Assembly (NCBI GenBank): GCA_963663805.2
Contig: CAXXMR010000013.1
Location: forward strand, 448,001 to 512,000
Direction of reading: 5' to 3'
DNA from: Sedimentisphaerales bacterium
GTDB lineage: Bacteria; Planctomycetota; Phycisphaerae; Sedimentisphaerales; SM23-30
DNA: 64,000 nt
Shown here: positions 60,917-64,000 of the stretch, piece after piece
How the letters are laid out: every line of letters starts with the position of its first letter
How positions within the stretch are numbered: position 1 is the first letter of the stretch
Made by a program: the position numbers and the translations under genes
The notes under the pieces: generated by a model
Told to the model about the DNA's origin: nothing
The model's database searches: none
Seen by the model: only the letters and a program-made list of their open reading frames with translations

Positions 60917-60988
60917 AGAATGATTAGCGGAGATAAAAAGAATAAGCGTCCTCAAACGTAATCGAGGATGATTTTAGGGAAAGGTTTT

Positions 60989-62215
60989 ATGCCTAATTAT
61001 ATATACGAACTTCGAGAGCAAACCGGCAGTGTCATCAGCGGTGTGGTCGCGGCGGATTCTTCTGCGGCGGCGATGCAGATGCTGCGTGGGCAGGGGGGGT
61101 ATATTCTGGCGTTGAACGAGGCCCGGTCCCGGTCGGGTGGGTCGTTGAGCGGTTTGCTTTCATTTAAGATTCAGTTCGGCCCTTCGGCAAAGGATGTGTT
61201 GAATTTTACCAGTCAGTTATCGGTTATGATTAAGGCCGGTATCAGTCTGCGGGCGGCACTGGACGGGATTGTGGACCAGACGGAAAATGAAAAATTTCGC
61301 GATATGCTGCGTAAAATACGTCACGACGTAGAAAGCGGTAAATCGTTCTCCGAAGCTCTGGCCCAATATCCGAAGGTTTTCAGTCCGTTGTATATCAACA
61401 TGGTACGGGCCTCGGAGTTATCCGGTTCGTTCGGTGCGATGCTGACCAGGGTTGCCCAATATCTCGGTCAGCAGATTGAAACACGGGCCCAGGTTCGCAG
61501 TGCCATGATTTATCCAATCATTATCGCGGTAATGGCGGTGGCAACTACGGTTTTCCTGCTGACATTTGTATTGCCGAAATTTGTGGTGATTTTCGAAGGT
61601 AAGGAAGCGGCCCTGCCTATGCCGACCAAGGTAATTCTCGCGGCGAGCAACGTTTTTCGCACCTACTGGTACGTGATTCTGGGCGGTGTCGCCGGCGGCG
61701 GCTGGACATTTTTATGGTTCATCAATACGGATTTCGGCCGGGAGATGTGGGACCGGGCCAAGCTGCGTATGCCCATATTCAAAAAACTGTGCCGCAGTCT
61801 CTATATTTCCCGTTCGCTGCATACGATGGGCGAACTGGTCAATGCCGGCGTGCCGATGCTGGATACGATTAGTATCACGGGGCAGATTTCCGGTAATTCA
61901 GTGTTCCAGAAGATGTGGCGGCAGGTTTTCGAAGCTGTCAAGCAGGGCAAGAAAATCTCTACTCCCCTATCACAGAGCCGACTACTGCCCAAAAGCGTTA
62001 TCCAGATGATTGGCAGCGGCGAGGAAAGCGGTAAACTTGCCGAAGTTCTCAGCGATGTAAGTGAATATTACCAGAAAGAGCTCAAGAACGTTATCCGCAC
62101 GGTAACCGCCATGATCGAGCCGCTGATGATTGTGATTATGGGTTTTATCGTCGGTTTCATCGCCATGAGTATCATCCTGCCGGTGTTCAAGCTCTCGACC
62201 CTGGTGAAAGGATAA
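60989..62215 (+). CDS. pilC: PilC/GspF platform protein
   Basis: FTSQLSVMI.AG, VESGKSFSEAL, AMIYP, GEESGKL, IEP. Confidence 0.93.
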   Translation: MPNYIYELREQTGSVISGVVAADSSAAAMQMLRGQGGYILALNEARSRSGGSLSGLLSFKIQFGPSAKDVLNFTSQLSVMIKAGISLRAALDGIVDQTENEKFRDMLRKIRHDVESGKSFSEALAQYPKVFSPLYINMVRASELSGSFGAMLTRVAQYLGQQIETRAQVRSAMIYPIIIAVMAVATTVFLLTFVLPKFVVIFEGKEAALPMPTKVILAASNVFRTYWYVILGGVAGGGWTFLWFINTDFGREMWDRAKLRMPIFKKLCRSLYISRSLHTMGELVNAGVPMLDTISITGQISGNSVFQKMWRQVFEAVKQGKKISTPLSQSRLLPKSVIQMIGSGEESGKLAEVLSDVSEYYQKELKNVIRTVTAMIEPLMIVIMGFIVGFIAMSIILPVFKLSTLVKG

Positions 62216-62220
62216 GGACC

Positions 62221-62661
62221 ATGCACACCGCAAAGTATCGTCAAAAGCGGAGAAAACAGCGTGGTTTTACGCTTATCGAAGTCACCCTGGCAATTGTGAT
62301 TGTCGGTGTGGCGGTGGTGTCGATGCTGATGCTCTTTGCCGCGGAGACACAGGTTAATCAGTTCAGCAACCAGATGTCTAGCGGCGTTTTTCTGGCTGAA
62401 CAAATGCAGGCCCTGACCGACCAGGTTAAATTCAGCAACCTGACGGCCATGGATGGTTTGTATTATGACCACGCTATCGACGCCCAGGGCAATGGGCTGG
62501 CGGGCCTGGAAAACTTTGAACAGCAACTCCAGGTCAAACCGGTGAACCCGACCGACCTGACCATATATGTAGGGCCTGACCCGCAGGCCATGATGCTGAC
62601 CGCGATTGTGAATCATCGAGGTACTGAAGTGCTTCGGATAAGCTGGCTGCGGTCAAAATAG
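62221..62661 (+). CDS. Minor pilin, PilV/GspI-like
   Basis: RG|FTLIEV followed by a hydrophobic helix. Confidence 0.8.
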   Translation: MHTAKYRQKRRKQRGFTLIEVTLAIVIVGVAVVSMLMLFAAETQVNQFSNQMSSGVFLAEQMQALTDQVKFSNLTAMDGLYYDHAIDAQGNGLAGLENFEQQLQVKPVNPTDLTIYVGPDPQAMMLTAIVNHRGTEVLRISWLRSK

Positions 62662-62751
62662 AAAAACAAAATTACTCGCTGCCCGACAAGTGAGACGCAG
62701 AGCCGTTTTTAATTCAGCGTAAATTTCGCGAATTGAGTATTGGTGAGTAAT

Positions 62752-64000
62752 ATGGCAAAAAGAACAAATAAGAGAAAGAATCGGGCTTTTACTTCGGTGA
62801 TGGCCATGATGTTTGTAACTCTGTTTACGATTCTGGCAATTTCGCTGGCGGCAATGAGTACAACCAATGTCCAGATGGCTCAGAATCATTACGGCATGGC
62901 CCAGGCCCAGGTCGCCGCGGAATCCGGCTTGCAGTACGCGATGCTGCTTATCGAGGATTACGACCCGCCGGCAGCGGCCTGGTCGCCGCGTAATACGGTT
63001 ACCCAAACCGAAGCGGAAGATACCTTCGGCTATTTCGTTAGCCATGTCCAAACTTTTCTGGCGGACTCCCCTCTGTTAAATGGTGCCGGCACAAGCTATG
63101 ACAGCTGCACCCAAACCCTTCAAGTGCCCGCGACCGGGAACATTTCACTTAATGGCAACAATAATGGTTTTTCACTGCTGTTTGAGTTTATCCCCGGCAC
63201 CGGTTCCGACCCGCATATCATAACCGTTACCAGTACGGGAAATAATGGTAATATTGAACGGGGAGTTCAAATAACCTTCCCGATTCGTAAAAATTCCGAG
63301 ATACTCGAATACGCTATCGCCAGTCGCGGGCGTATGTGGATTACGGGTGATTCCACGATTGAAGGCGACGTGTTCAGTTCGTGGGACAGGCCTGAAATTT
63401 CGCCTTACAATATGACTGCCGACTCAAAGGTACTCGGTACGGTCAATACGGTGCTTTCGCGTGAAAACATCGAAGACTACCATTACGGCTATGACAGTTA
63501 TCAGATGGAAACGCTCGATGCAGATGGTAATCCGATTTATGATGAAGACGGCGACCGGGTTGTCAGTCCCGAAGATGAATTGCAGGGCGAGCATGAGGGG
63601 GTCAATTATGACCAGCCCTACGAAAATATGCCCGGTATGGATATATCTGACTATGACACGGACGATTATAATAACAGCCTGACCACGATACCGTCATCAA
63701 GCCAGACTGAAGTCGAGTTTTTTCCTCATAAGCCCGGCTATTACGATTACCCCAAAACAGGTACGCCTACCAGCACCTCGTGCAGAAAGCTATATCGCCA
63801 TGTCTACGAAAACCAGACCTTCACCGATACCCTCCTGCCGGACAACCGCAACGCCCTGTTCAGAAACTGTACGTTCAACGGGAAATTCTACGTGGACTGT
63901 TATAAAAGTGGTTCGACCGGCTATAATAATGTCCGCTTTGAGGACTGCACCTTTAATGGACCTATTATCACTGATGTCCCCCAGATATTCAAATGGATGT
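62752..64000 (+). CDS. PilX-like large minor pilin (3' partial; absent from the ORF track)
   Basis: MAKRTNKRKNRA|FTSVMAMMFVTLF (no E5), QA..AAESGLQY, VTSTG. The frame appears open to the window end. Confidence 0.8.
   Translation, partial: MAKRTNKRKNRAFTSVMAMMFVTLFTILAISLAAMSTTNVQMAQNHYGMAQAQVAAESGLQYAMLLIEDYDPPAAAWSPRNTVTQTEAEDTFGYFVSHVQTFLADSPLLNGAGTSYDSCTQTLQVPATGNISLNGNNNGFSLLFEFIPGTGSDPHIITVTSTGNNGNIERGVQITFPIRKNSEILEYAIASRGRMWITGDSTIEGDVFSSWDRPEISPYNMTADSKVLGTVNTVLSRENIEDYHYGYDSYQMETLDADGNPIYDEDGDRVVSPEDELQGEHEGVNYDQPYENMPGMDISDYDTDDYNNSLTTIPSSSQTEVEFFPHKPGYYDYPKTGTPTSTSCRKLYRHVYENQTFTDTLLPDNRNALFRNCTFNGKFYVDCYKSGSTGYNNVRFEDCTFNGPIITDVPQIFKWM

Overview
This is a bacterial chromosome segment, probably from an anaerobic Planctomycetota (Phycisphaerae-like) organism. 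That placement is inferred from the enlarged SecA, the H-X9-DG-type prepilin, the PEP-CTERM protein and the GH10-fold protein. Most genes are housekeeping or metabolic: ribD (partial), secA, uvrD/pcrA, queC/queF, aspC, proA/proB, thrC, dapB, rluD-like, thpR, glycerate kinase and tRNA-Val(GAC). There are also envelope genes, an MCP-hemerythrin chemoreceptor, a rubrerythrin-like gene plus a rubredoxin missed by the ORF track, and an intact IS200-type element in a repeat-rich spacer. Two decayed mobile-element relics each supply the stop codon of a neighbouring gene. From about 49.3 kb to the end lies a divergent type IV pilus/T2SS-like locus with PilT, an MshEN-type PilB and a secretin with a TPR-like tail. 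At least five genes, including essential secA, are split by single-base indels at or near short homopolymers, which most likely reflects sequencing error. I found no CRISPR array, rRNA or convincing riboswitch, and I cannot establish a new system from sequence alone. The best leads are the pilus locus, kb-scale flips in strand composition, a catalytically dead GH10 paired with a CsgG-like lipoprotein, a GT2 + GT-C-like pair and a five-fold repeat in the SecA wing domain.
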